In this document: positions 49,102 to 58,376 of the stretch, piece after piece | Layout: the number at the start of each line of letters is the position of its first letter | Position numbering within the stretch: position 1 is the stretch's first letter | Assembly (NCBI GenBank): GCA_964527425.1 | Contig: CAZGOA010000003.1 | Location: 29,941-93,940 of the forward strand | DNA: 64,000 nt | Reading direction: 5' to 3' | Origin: an uncultured Gammaproteobacteria bacterium | GTDB taxonomy: Bacteria > Patescibacteriota > Microgenomatia > UBA10105 > UBA927 | Made by a program: the position numbers and the translations under genes | The notes under the pieces: model-generated | Seen by the model: the letters and a program-made list of their open reading frames with translations, nothing else | The model's database searches: none | Told to the model about the DNA's origin: nothing

Positions 49102-49347
49102 GGATCTGTGCAGACAGTTTATCTTGATTAACCCGGTTTTTTTGTGTATTACGATCCGGGATGCAGACATTCGTCCGATCCCGGATCGGTGGAAGGATTA
49201 TCTGATAAACCAAGGAATTTGGCTAAAAGTGTGACGGTAAAGTGAAGATGTATAGGTACGGTTTATCTTGATTGTTCCGGTTTTTGATTATCACGATCCG
49301 GGATGCAGACATTCGTTGAGATTCAGGATCGGTAGCCTCAGCCTCTT
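49060..49347 (+). repeat. 2 x 144 bp tandem direct duplication of the glmS 3' end plus downstream hairpin module
   Basis: GATAAACCAAGGAATTTGGCTAA(G/A)AGTGTGACGGTAAAGTGA...TTTATCTTGATT...CGATCCGGGATGCAGACATTCG occurs twice, at 49060 and 49204. The second copy retains an out-of-context ...DKPRNLAKSVTVK stop remnant. Confidence 0.7.
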
Positions 49348-49368
49348 TCTTCCGATCCCGGATCGGAA
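49295..49368. repeat. hairpin module (degenerate right arm) plus TAGCCTC linker plus module-2 palindrome
   Basis: CGATCCGGGATGCAGACATTCGTTGAGATTCAGGATCGG-TAGCCTCAGCCTCTTT-CTTCCGATCCCGGATCGGAA. Confidence 0.8.
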
Positions 49369-49398
49369 TTTCTACGGGTTGGAATTTCTTCTAAAGAA

Positions 49399-49719
49399 TT
49401 ATAGTTGGCTTGCTTCTTCTTTGAGTGTTTGTAGGTCTTTTGCTCCTTCGTCATCTACGGTTGTATTTAACTCATTGAGCAATGTGTCTGCTGTGGCATC
49501 TCCTGTTAATGGAAGTGCAGAATTACTACTATCTGCAGTACCCGATGATGGCAAAGTTTTATCTGGTTTTGATCCAGTATTCCGCAAACTTGGTACCTGG
49601 TATGTTTTTTCTACAGCGGCTTTTGAAGATCCATACATAGAATGGTATGTTAGAACTCCGACAATAATAATCATAACTAAGGTAAGTACGATACCAATTA
49701 TTGTTCCCATGTTTTTCAT
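49399..49719 (-). CDS. hypothetical small membrane-anchored protein
   Basis: N-terminal TM helix then a low-complexity S/T-rich region. Confidence 0.4.
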   Translation of the reverse strand: MKNMGTIIGIVLTLVMIIIVGVLTYHSMYGSSKAAVEKTYQVPSLRNTGSKPDKTLPSSGTADSSNSALPLTGDATADTLLNELNTTVDDEGAKDLQTLKEEASQL

Positions 49720-49731
49720 AGATGTCCTCCT

Positions 49732-50523
49732 TTATTGCGTTGATTCAACAGCACTTGATGCAGACTTTCGGATACGGGCGATTGATTGAATAACGCTTGC
49801 TAGATCTTCTCTGGCCTTTTTTACTTTTTCCTGGGTGGCTTTGAGATCTGTTTCCAGTAGAGTTCTTACGCGTTCTACTGAATCTTTTAATTTATCTTCT
49901 GTGGTTACTCCGATAATATATTCTTTTCCTGCTTGTGTTGTAACGGCTGTTTTTGCAGCAGAGACTGAAACCTGAGCTGCTGATAAGGCTGTTTGAACTT
50001 GTGAAACATTTACGCCTTGAGCTGAGCGCTCAGAGAGAGTTTCTGAAATTTTCGTTATAACTTCTTCCATCTTGGCAACATGATTTGACATTGCTGTAGT
50101 TCTATTTGTGTTTACCGTACTAAACCGGTTATCAAGGTTTTCTACTATTTCTTTTTTACGTTCATCTTTTATTGTGTCCAGTCGATTTTGGAAATCTTCA
50201 CGGGCTTTGGTATATCGCTCTTTTGCCTGTTCTCTTTTTTCTTTTATTTGTTCATTAAGAAGTTCTTTTTTGGCTTTGTATTCTTCTTGAGTAGTTTTGC
50301 GAATTTGTTTTATAGCTTCTTTATTTTCTTTTCTCTCATTATTTTCTTTTCTATCTTTATTTTCATTTCTTTCTTTATTTTCTTTTCTATCTTCATCTAG
50401 ATCGTCTGATGACTTTTCTACTTCGAGGACTGCTTCTGTTTCATCTCCTAATACTGCAGGAGGCACTTGTGGCGTGCGGATTCCTAGACCGATTAATACA
50501 AGACCTAATAATTGTTCGAGCAT
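49732..50523 (-). CDS. hypothetical coiled-coil protein with (R/D)KENKE hexapeptide repeats
   Basis: DRKENKERNENKDRKENNERKENKE. The DNA shows 18-nt periodic repeats at ~50290-50400. Confidence 0.45.
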   Translation of the reverse strand: MLEQLLGLVLIGLGIRTPQVPPAVLGDETEAVLEVEKSSDDLDEDRKENKERNENKDRKENNERKENKEAIKQIRKTTQEEYKAKKELLNEQIKEKREQAKERYTKAREDFQNRLDTIKDERKKEIVENLDNRFSTVNTNRTTAMSNHVAKMEEVITKISETLSERSAQGVNVSQVQTALSAAQVSVSAAKTAVTTQAGKEYIIGVTTEDKLKDSVERVRTLLETDLKATQEKVKKAREDLASVIQSIARIRKSASSAVESTQ

Positions 50524-50574
50524 ATATCTCTAGTATGGGGTTATTTCTAAAGAGAAGTCAAGTTTAAACAAGGA

Positions 50575-51141
50575 TCATTCTTCCCCTATCTTACTTGCAA
50601 GTGGGCTCTTTTGTCCAACATATTTGGCTGACTTTTTTTTGTAGTATGGTACTTCTGCAGGGCTGGTTAACTGCATGAAAGAGAGTGAACAGATGCGCAT
50701 ACCTGGATGAAGCATGACAGGAATTCTCCCCATGTTTGCTAATTCGAGGGTGATGTTTCCTCTGAATCCGCATTCAATATTGGCTGCGGTTGAGTGCACT
50801 ACTATTCCTAATCTTCCTATTGATGATCTACCTTCTAAATGACCGGTTAAGTCATCGGGCATTTCTATGTATTCCATTGTCATTGCTAAAACGAATTCTC
50901 CGGGATGCATGGTAAAGGCTTCACCATTTTTGACGGTTATTTCTGTGGTGACGTCTTTTAAAGTGGCTGGATTTTGCGGATCTAGATAGGGTGTTTTACT
51001 ATGATTAAAGACTCTAAACGAGTTACCTAAGCGTAAATCCAACAGACATGAGCCAAGCTGAGACTCCAAGTCTGGCTCCGGATTGATTATCACCTTTTTG
51101 TTTTTAAGAGCAATTTTGATATCTTTATCTGAGAGAATCAT
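50575..51141 (-). CDS. dcd: dCTP deaminase
   Basis: MILSDKDIK...; the length and conserved blocks match the dCTP deaminase/dUTPase fold. Confidence 0.85.
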   Translation of the reverse strand: MILSDKDIKIALKNKKVIINPEPDLESQLGSCLLDLRLGNSFRVFNHSKTPYLDPQNPATLKDVTTEITVKNGEAFTMHPGEFVLAMTMEYIEMPDDLTGHLEGRSSIGRLGIVVHSTAANIECGFRGNITLELANMGRIPVMLHPGMRICSLSFMQLTSPAEVPYYKKKSAKYVGQKSPLASKIGEE

Positions 51142-51160
51142 GTAAAAACTATATCATACT

Positions 51161-51838
51161 ATGGGAGAAGGAAATCAAGATCAGGAGCCAAAACCACCTA
51201 AGTTACCTAAGACGTTAGAAAAACATTACGAAGTTTCCAAACAAACTACCAAGCTCATTAGAATGGCAATGAACGCTCTCGGGATACCAGAGGGACAACA
51301 AATACTCACTGCACATATTGGTTCTGGAGCGAGTCTTGAGGGTTTACACTCAATTTTTGAGCAACCTGATATCTTTCAATTATTCATAGATAATGACTAT
51401 TCAGAAATCGTGTATTATATTCCAGACGTTCTTAATAATCATCCGGAGCTTTTGAGTATTTTTCATAGCAAAGCGCAATGCAAACAGGTTGGTGGTGAAG
51501 AGCCAGAAGCGTATACAGTAAAGGAAGGCTGGCCAAGTGAAGTTAATCTGGCGATATTTAGATTTCCTAATAGAGATCTTGTAGATGCGGGGGTAGACAT
51601 CGGTGCTGAGCTTTATAAACACGCTGCAGATACATTTGGCGTGATCATCATTTCAGATAATAGCGAATGGTTGAATCAACTTGCTAATAATCTCCTCACT
51701 GGCTTTTCACAAAGTGCACAGCAAAATGATGTTCAAGCTTTACATATGTTTGATAGAAAGACTAAACTACCGTTAAGTTATTGGGGTCCACATCATGCTG
51801 CAGCAAACTTAAACATGATTATAACAAAACCATTATGA
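51161..51838 (+). CDS. hypothetical protein
   Basis: 225 aa ORF with no family recognised. Confidence 0.4.
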   Translation: MGEGNQDQEPKPPKLPKTLEKHYEVSKQTTKLIRMAMNALGIPEGQQILTAHIGSGASLEGLHSIFEQPDIFQLFIDNDYSEIVYYIPDVLNNHPELLSIFHSKAQCKQVGGEEPEAYTVKEGWPSEVNLAIFRFPNRDLVDAGVDIGAELYKHAADTFGVIIISDNSEWLNQLANNLLTGFSQSAQQNDVQALHMFDRKTKLPLSYWGPHHAAANLNMIITKPL

Positions 51839-52121
51839 ATGATGTGTCATCAGAAACACCACATATACCTGAACTATATCCAAAGCTTGACGCAAACCAA
51901 AAACAGTTTCTTGAAACATGGAAAACGCTTCTAGATACATTGCGCATTTTTGGATTAACATATCTTGTTTAGCATTGCATTTAAAATCAAACTTAAGAAC
52001 CTAACTCATATCTACTAAACCTAAATCAAGTTATTCAGCTAAATTCTTAGATGATTTGATAATAACAATTTGATTTGAAGGTTGATTTTTATATTTCGTC
52101 TGAGAATATCATAAGAATGAA

Positions 52122-52646
52122 TCACCCTGGTTTAAATTTTCTTTTTAGATATTCTTCCAATTGACGAGGATTATCGATAACAGTCACAGTAGTATTAATA
52201 ATATGTGTTACAACTGAATTCCAATCTGTACCAAAAGAAAAACTATCCCAGTAAAAAGTTGATTGCGTACTTTCGGTTTTGAATTTATACTGCACAGATT
52301 TTGGTTCAATTAATTCTCCATTATCACTCATAATGATAGAAAGTGCATATACTGCATCACGTATAATTTTATAATTTCTCTGAAGTTTATTTTCAGCTTC
52401 CGATCCCCATTTTTGTATACACAGAGGATATTCATTTTTACATTCATTTTTGTATTCATCAATTGTTTGTAGAGCTACATGCTTAAATAATTTAAATACT
52501 TTATTACGAATTGCTGGATTCTCTTCAGGCTCTTTTGTAGTTAGTAAACCTTGTTGCTCTAGTAATTGTTGATATCTGTTGAAATACTCCTCATCATATT
52601 TTTTTTCAAAGTTGGACATTGGAATATCATTTATACCTTCAGACAT
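52122..52646 (-). CDS. hypothetical protein
   Basis: 174 aa ORF with no family recognised. Confidence 0.4.
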   Translation of the reverse strand: MSEGINDIPMSNFEKKYDEEYFNRYQQLLEQQGLLTTKEPEENPAIRNKVFKLFKHVALQTIDEYKNECKNEYPLCIQKWGSEAENKLQRNYKIIRDAVYALSIIMSDNGELIEPKSVQYKFKTESTQSTFYWDSFSFGTDWNSVVTHIINTTVTVIDNPRQLEEYLKRKFKPG

Positions 52647-52719
52647 ATATAGCTATATTATCTCACTATTACGTTTTTATAAATATAATTTTTTATATCT
52701 GAAGTAACTTCTAGTACGA

Positions 52720-53727
52720 TCAACTAGTCTTCATCAGTAATGGCTTTATGTGTTTATTGTATGCCTCCGGTAAACCTATTTCTTGAAAATCATGCCAAAA
52801 TACGTGCCACCTACCTGATTGAATAACATACTTTTGGATTACTTCCTCAATATGAGACATTGGAATTCCATATGTTTCTATCATTCTCTGATCAAAATGC
52901 GAAATTATAATCCTGTACACTTCATTTTTATAAGATTCTTGCATCTGCGCTGTATTCTGATCAAACTGCAAAGACATCGCCTGCATGACCACCTGCTCTT
53001 CTAACGATATCGGAAACCCTAATTGAAACGTATTTCCAAGTTCTAAATAATGTGTGATATATGGCTCCATATTCGGATGAACCATGAGAATGTGATGAAG
53101 TTCAACGTCAGATATATGTTGGCCAAACTGATCAAGATGTTGGTTGAATTGACTACATTGATGACGTAAGTCAGCACCTATCATATGCACCATACTTCGA
53201 TATTCCCTAAATGCTGCGCGGCCTCGACGTTCGATCAATTGCTCAACGATTCTCTGTTTATAATCCTTCATCATATGAATCGTCTCGACAGATAGTTTCA
53301 TATCATATACTGCGACGTACACATTGGAATACGATTCTTGATGATTGAATCTATTCAGCCATTCTGTATCAAGCACTTCAAACAACGGTATCAACCCTTT
53401 TGGCAAAACCTGTCGCGCAGTAGTAATTTCATAACTATTACTATCAAAATCGTTATCTGGTGATAAATCTGGGGCATCATATCCACAGATTCCATACACA
53501 ACGGAAACTGATGGAGGTAAATTTCTTGTAAAGGTATTGTTATATATATTTGCAGCGATATCTTCTGTCACAGAAATTGGTAGCTCACAAACAATAACTC
53601 CTTGATTTGCTTCAAGTTTTCTCAGTAATTCTCTTGTCTCAAACGTTAATCCATGTTCATCGAGTTGATACTGAACCACATGACGTTCTGGTGAAAATGC
53701 CATAGATATGGAGCAGGTATGAATCAA
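52720..53727 (-). CDS. hypothetical protein
   Basis: 335 aa ORF with no family recognised. Confidence 0.4.
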   Translation of the reverse strand: MIHTCSISMAFSPERHVVQYQLDEHGLTFETRELLRKLEANQGVIVCELPISVTEDIAANIYNNTFTRNLPPSVSVVYGICGYDAPDLSPDNDFDSNSYEITTARQVLPKGLIPLFEVLDTEWLNRFNHQESYSNVYVAVYDMKLSVETIHMMKDYKQRIVEQLIERRGRAAFREYRSMVHMIGADLRHQCSQFNQHLDQFGQHISDVELHHILMVHPNMEPYITHYLELGNTFQLGFPISLEEQVVMQAMSLQFDQNTAQMQESYKNEVYRIIISHFDQRMIETYGIPMSHIEEVIQKYVIQSGRWHVFWHDFQEIGLPEAYNKHIKPLLMKTS

Positions 53728-53747
53728 TCAGTTACTTGTATTCGCTC

Positions 53748-54356
53748 TTATTTTACAAACTTATACGCGTAGGAAACAATAAGCATGACTAAAGTAACTG
53801 CAATCAAAATTGACCAGATAGAAATACCCTGAAGTGCAAGATGGGCAAAAACTAACCCAAGAGATATATACGTCAACTTGTGAATCCGATTCCACCAGAT
53901 TCCTAATGTTTTTGTAGAAAGATCATTGGACGTAACAAAAAGCAAAAATAAAAGGCTATGGGCAAAAATACCTGTAACGATATACCACGGGATCGGGAAA
54001 TGAATAGAACCTGAAGCGAGTACATCTGCTCCGTATAAAAACCAGATATGTGCAAATACAAACAGATACATCAAAATGCCAAGGTATCTTCTGTATACCA
54101 TGAGAATTTGCAGTAACTCATGTCGAATATTCAGTCGTCTGGCTATTCCAGGAAGCAGCGTTAGTATATACAGCACAATTGCTGCTTGTCCGAAGGTTTT
54201 TCCTGCCGAGAGTATGGTTAGGGCATATTGATTAAATGTATAAAGTGACCAGATACCAAATACTGTAAAAAGAAAGAGTACTATATAAAGAACTTTAAAC
54301 AGGAAAATCACCTGTTTTTGTTTGGTCATGGCTGTAAGATAAAGTGATGAGGGCAT
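53748..54356 (-). CDS. ferric-reductase-like transmembrane protein (MsrQ/YedZ-like heme-b membrane subunit)
   Basis: 6 TM helices with paired His (RRLNIRHELLQI..., FAHIW, FAHSLLF, HKLTY...FAHL) arranged as in MsrQ. Confidence 0.4.
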   Translation of the reverse strand: MPSSLYLTAMTKQKQVIFLFKVLYIVLFLFTVFGIWSLYTFNQYALTILSAGKTFGQAAIVLYILTLLPGIARRLNIRHELLQILMVYRRYLGILMYLFVFAHIWFLYGADVLASGSIHFPIPWYIVTGIFAHSLLFLLFVTSNDLSTKTLGIWWNRIHKLTYISLGLVFAHLALQGISIWSILIAVTLVMLIVSYAYKFVK

Positions 54357-54409
54357 ATGAGTATGTTCTATAGTATAACACTAAGGAAAGATAGTATCGT
54401 GAGTTAAGT

Positions 54410-55825
54410 ATGATAAAACGTTTCTTTTGGACAACTATTACAATTGTGTTCGTCTCATTGATACTCCGTGTGTTGTTTATCTCTGTGTTTCCGTTATTTA
54501 ATGACGAATCAATCTACATCCGTTGGGGAGTATTGATGAGTAAACATGAAGAATTGCGGTATGCTTCGTTAGGGTATTTTGGAAAACATCCCTTACCGTT
54601 TTGGCTGTTTGGAAGTGCTGCTTACCTTTTTCAACATCCGTATGCTGCTCGACTTATTAGTCTGAGTTTGTTTGTAATGAGTTGTATCTTTTTGGATCAA
54701 TTAATGAAACGTATGAATACGTCTCGTACGCAACGGTTGTTTGTGTTATGTGTGTTTTGCTTTTCTCCGCTTACTCTCCTTTTTCATTCAATGGCTCTCA
54801 TGGAAAGCTTAATTATTCCTTGTATGTTATTACTGATATTATTAAGCATTGCATATGCACGCTCGCCACGAATTGTATACATTCCCTTCATTGTCATTAC
54901 CGTCTTTTTGTTACTCTTATTGAAATATAACACTCTGCTTATCGCAGGAATTTTCCCGTTGATTCTGTGTATGCAGTATTGGAACGGAAGACATATACAA
55001 CGAATACTCTTGCATGGCATGGTATATGCCCTACTGTATACTGCGCTGCTGGCTCTTTTTTATACAAGCTTAGTATCTAATACCCATGAGGCACGAAAGT
55101 ATGTTTTTACACTGCAGGAAGTATTGCAGATTCCGGTTATGGCATGGGTTAGATCGCTTGGATTATTAGTTGGTGGAATATTATTTTATAGTCCGGTACA
55201 TATATTGCTAATCCGCAAAAGTAGACTTACTAAAGAATCGTTGTTATGTATTGTACTGTTTTTCTTAAGTACCTTCCCAATTGTGCTATTTGGTAAAATT
55301 GTGAGTTTTCGGTATTTCCTGCCAGGTGTAGTGTTTTTATATCCTTTATTAATTGAAGCGACCCGATACGCTTCTAAGCGTATATATGCTATAGCAAGTG
55401 GTATAAATATTGTTTTGTTTCTGTTATTTGTTTTTTCTCCTCCATTTATGTTTTCGTTTATTCCAGCTCATTCAGTTCTGGCAACAGAGAGAGATTATGT
55501 GTTTGGAAGAGCAGGCGGATATACAGCTCGTCAATTGGTTACATATCTAGATTCTGAGTATCCAACAAGCATACTTGTTGTTCCGGATGATCCTGGTAAT
55601 CCTATTGATTATTTGCATGCGTGGTACACTGCACAAAAAAGAACGATAGTAATTGCATCCTCTGAAGAAGATTTGCGCCAGATTGCAGCAGTTGCTGTTA
55701 GTGTACCTGTGTTGTATATCGATCGTGGAGAAAGAATTTCACCTGACTTAAAGACCCGACTTTCGTTGAACAAAACATTTTACTCACTGGATAAGAGCAG
55801 TACGATTGATGTGTTTGAGCTGTAG
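54410..55825 (+). CDS. GT-C family membrane glycosyltransferase (ArnT/PMT-like)
   Basis: About 11 TM helices and an early FNDESIY (DE motif in the first loop), typical of GT39/GT83. Confidence 0.45.
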   Translation: MIKRFFWTTITIVFVSLILRVLFISVFPLFNDESIYIRWGVLMSKHEELRYASLGYFGKHPLPFWLFGSAAYLFQHPYAARLISLSLFVMSCIFLDQLMKRMNTSRTQRLFVLCVFCFSPLTLLFHSMALMESLIIPCMLLLILLSIAYARSPRIVYIPFIVITVFLLLLLKYNTLLIAGIFPLILCMQYWNGRHIQRILLHGMVYALLYTALLALFYTSLVSNTHEARKYVFTLQEVLQIPVMAWVRSLGLLVGGILFYSPVHILLIRKSRLTKESLLCIVLFFLSTFPIVLFGKIVSFRYFLPGVVFLYPLLIEATRYASKRIYAIASGINIVLFLLFVFSPPFMFSFIPAHSVLATERDYVFGRAGGYTARQLVTYLDSEYPTSILVVPDDPGNPIDYLHAWYTAQKRTIVIASSEEDLRQIAAVAVSVPVLYIDRGERISPDLKTRLSLNKTFYSLDKSSTIDVFEL

Positions 55826-55879
55826 TGATAGTGTTTTTTGATGTATGTGATTACATTCCAGACTACAAACTCTTTACTG

Positions 55880-56305
55880 TTATTTGACAGGAATATTAAG
55901 CCCTTTGGTGTTGAGATAGTCTCTTACATCATCGGGAACATCCATGACTGAAAGTCTACTTTGAGTGACTAAACGAAAATGGGTAAATCTGCCTGTTTCT
56001 TTAATTTCTTTTAAGGTTATGTATGGCTCAGGAAATTTATGCAGAAAATGCATATCGACAAGCCAGCTTTTGGAATCGTCAGGATCTGGACGGGAATTTC
56101 CTACTATTTTAACTAGAGCTGTAATAGTGCCTTCTCCTCCACTATGATATAATAAACAAAGATCGCCAGGTTTCATAGATTTAAGAAAGATTACTGCTTG
56201 AGGATTTCTTACACCATTCCATGTAGTGTTACCTTCGAAAGCGAACTTATCTGTTGAGTACGTATGTGGATCAGTCTTAATGAGGAAGAGCTTCATGGAC
56301 GACAA
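55880..56305 (-). CDS. EVE-domain (PUA-like) protein
   Basis: 141 aa. ...WNGVRNPQAVIFLKSMKPGDLCLLYHSG... matches EVE domain blocks. Confidence 0.65.
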   Translation of the reverse strand: MSSMKLFLIKTDPHTYSTDKFAFEGNTTWNGVRNPQAVIFLKSMKPGDLCLLYHSGGEGTITALVKIVGNSRPDPDDSKSWLVDMHFLHKFPEPYITLKEIKETGRFTHFRLVTQSRLSVMDVPDDVRDYLNTKGLNIPVK

Positions 56306-56442
56306 ATTCTATCATATCATGTCTGTCAATAAAGCACACGACTTGTGTTTTTGTGAACAGATGCTAGGGTTAATAAAAGGCTAAAAAATATAGATTCAAA
56401 TTGAACTCAAAATATAGAGTGATTAAAGAAAGGAGGTGAACT

Positions 56443-56607
56443 ATGACATATACACAACAAATATATAACCAAGATAATCGTGAACCGATTTTAGAAATAT
56501 GGAGAAAAATTAATGAACGTGAAGAACGTCAACAATCATCATTGAATATGAGCCAAGAGGATCATGTTGATGAGGGAGACATGACGTCTTCACCGTCCAG
56601 TAACTAA
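56443..56607 (+). CDS. hypothetical small acidic protein (54 aa)
   Basis: Not in the ORF track because it is under 60 aa. Strong SD AAGGAGGTGA 5 nt upstream of the ATG. A hairpin (CACTCGTATTG...CAATACGAGTG) and T-rich tract lie downstream. Confidence 0.35.
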   Translation: MTYTQQIYNQDNREPILEIWRKINEREERQQSSLNMSQEDHVDEGDMTSSPSSN

Positions 56608-56728
56608 TCTTCACGTTCACTCGTATTGTTTATGATTCAATACGAGTGATACTCGGACTTATTTTTACTTCTTATTTTTTTTATTTGTTTTCCTTCTTTA
56701 CAAGAAAACCTAACACTTCTAGAGTAAA

Positions 56729-57304
56729 TTGGTGATGCGTACTAAAAAAGGGAAATTAACGGTGGTTGCCGGTCCAATGTTTTCCGGAAAGACAACCAAA
56801 TTAGTTGGAATGGTAAAGGTGTTTGAAAAAATGGGCCATACTGTTTTGACTGTCAAACCTCTGATTGATGATCGCTACGGTGGTAAGCAAGAAATTCATT
56901 CTCATGATCATTTAACAACTAAAGCAATTGCGGTTGATGGAGAACCAGCTGAAGCAATTATTGAGAAAATTTTGGCGTTTAAACCAGACGATATTATTTT
57001 TGATGAAGTGCAGTTTTTTGACAGTGAAAAAATAAAGAAGGTTATTCTGGCACTTAAAAAAAAGAAAATTCATGTGATTGCCGCAGGTCTTTTGTATGAT
57101 TATCAGCGTAAACCGTTCGGAGCAACGGCGGATCTTTTGGGACTTGCTGATGAGCGACTTGAGTTATATTCTGTGTGTCAGAAGTGTGGTTCTATCGCCC
57201 GTCACAGTGAGCGGCGAAAAGGAAGTAAAAAACAAACGATTGATGTGGGGGCTAGTGACAAATACATTGCTGTATGTGAAAGCTGTCACAAGATATATAC
57301 ATAG
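56729..57304 (+). CDS. tdk: thymidine kinase
   Basis: VVAGPMFSGKTTKL P-loop and a C-terminal Zn ribbon (CQKCG...CESCH). The true start may be the ATG at 56735; the track ORF begins with TTG/GTG. Confidence 0.85.
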   Translation: MVMRTKKGKLTVVAGPMFSGKTTKLVGMVKVFEKMGHTVLTVKPLIDDRYGGKQEIHSHDHLTTKAIAVDGEPAEAIIEKILAFKPDDIIFDEVQFFDSEKIKKVILALKKKKIHVIAAGLLYDYQRKPFGATADLLGLADERLELYSVCQKCGSIARHSERRKGSKKQTIDVGASDKYIAVCESCHKIYT

Positions 57305-57361
57305 AAACATAACGAGTGTGACAATGTTGTATAAACGTTTTAAAACATATAAGGAGGAACT

Positions 57362-57550
57362 ATGAGTAATCCAGAAATTAAAAAAATTGGTGAAATTACT
57401 GAAGTTTTAGGAGAAAGCGGAATTGTTTACCAAAATATTCAAGCAAATGAAGGTGCGTTAGGTAGTAAAGTGGGTAAAGTAATAAGAGTGGATCCTAAAC
57501 AAGCTACAATTCATTATGAAGAGCAATATGATAAGCGATATGAAGAGTAA
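57362..57550 (+). CDS. hypothetical small protein (62 aa)
   Basis: Strong SD TAAGGAGGAACT before the ATG. Overlaps the start of the udp-like gene by ~11 nt. Confidence 0.4.
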   Translation: MSNPEIKKIGEITEVLGESGIVYQNIQANEGALGSKVGKVIRVDPKQATIHYEEQYDKRYEE

Positions 57551-58376
57551 TAATTCAGCGTTGGCTCCCAAAACTGCATCAGGCAAGCAATATCATATTC
57601 AGTGTGGTGAGGGTGATGTTGCACGGTATGTCTTAATGCCGGGGGATCCGGACCGGGTTCCCTTGATTGCTAAACAATGGAGTAATGTAAACGATTTAGG
57701 GAGGCATCGGGAATATCACACGATTACAGGTAGTACTGGTGGTGTGCCAATCAGTGGTACATCGAGTGGTATCGGTGGACCATCGCTTGCTATAGCTGTT
57801 GATGAACTCTACAGAATCGGGGTGGATACAATTATCCGCGTTGGGTCAACAGGAGCGTTACAAAAAGGCATGGAACTGGGTGACTTGGTGATATCTACAG
57901 GGGCTGTACGGTTTGACGGGACAAGTCGGGATTTTATTATGCCGGAATTCCCTGCTCTGGCTCATTATGAGGTAGTTATGGCGTTAATACAGGCATGTGA
58001 AGAATTACGAGTACGCTATCACGTGGGTGTTACTGCTTCAACTGATACGTTTTATAGTGGACAAGGAAGACCAGGATTTAAGGACTACTTCCCTACTTTT
58101 AAAAAGACAATCTTAGAAGATATGCAGGCTGCTGGTGTAAAAAACTTTGAGATGGAGGCTTCTACCTTACTCACTATGGCAACGCTGTTTGGCAAGCGAG
58201 CTGGTTGTGTGTGTTTTGTGGTTGCAAATAGAGTGACGAATGAATTTAAGATCACTGATGAGATGGCAAACACGGCTGGACGTGTGGCTACAAGAGCTGT
58301 AGAGTTATTGGCCTCTTGGGACGCATGGAAGAACAAACAGAAGAAAGACTTTTTATATCCCGGGATGATGAAATAG
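57540..58376 (+). CDS. uridine phosphorylase-like (PNP/UDP family) nucleoside phosphorylase
   Basis: PNP/UDP-family fold with Udp-like blocks (QCGEGDVARYVLMPGDPDRV..., RVGSTGAL, FEMEAS). The start is chosen at the third in-frame ATG. Confidence 0.7.
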   Translation: MKSNNSALAPKTASGKQYHIQCGEGDVARYVLMPGDPDRVPLIAKQWSNVNDLGRHREYHTITGSTGGVPISGTSSGIGGPSLAIAVDELYRIGVDTIIRVGSTGALQKGMELGDLVISTGAVRFDGTSRDFIMPEFPALAHYEVVMALIQACEELRVRYHVGVTASTDTFYSGQGRPGFKDYFPTFKKTILEDMQAAGVKNFEMEASTLLTMATLFGKRAGCVCFVVANRVTNEFKITDEMANTAGRVATRAVELLASWDAWKNKQKKDFLYPGMMK

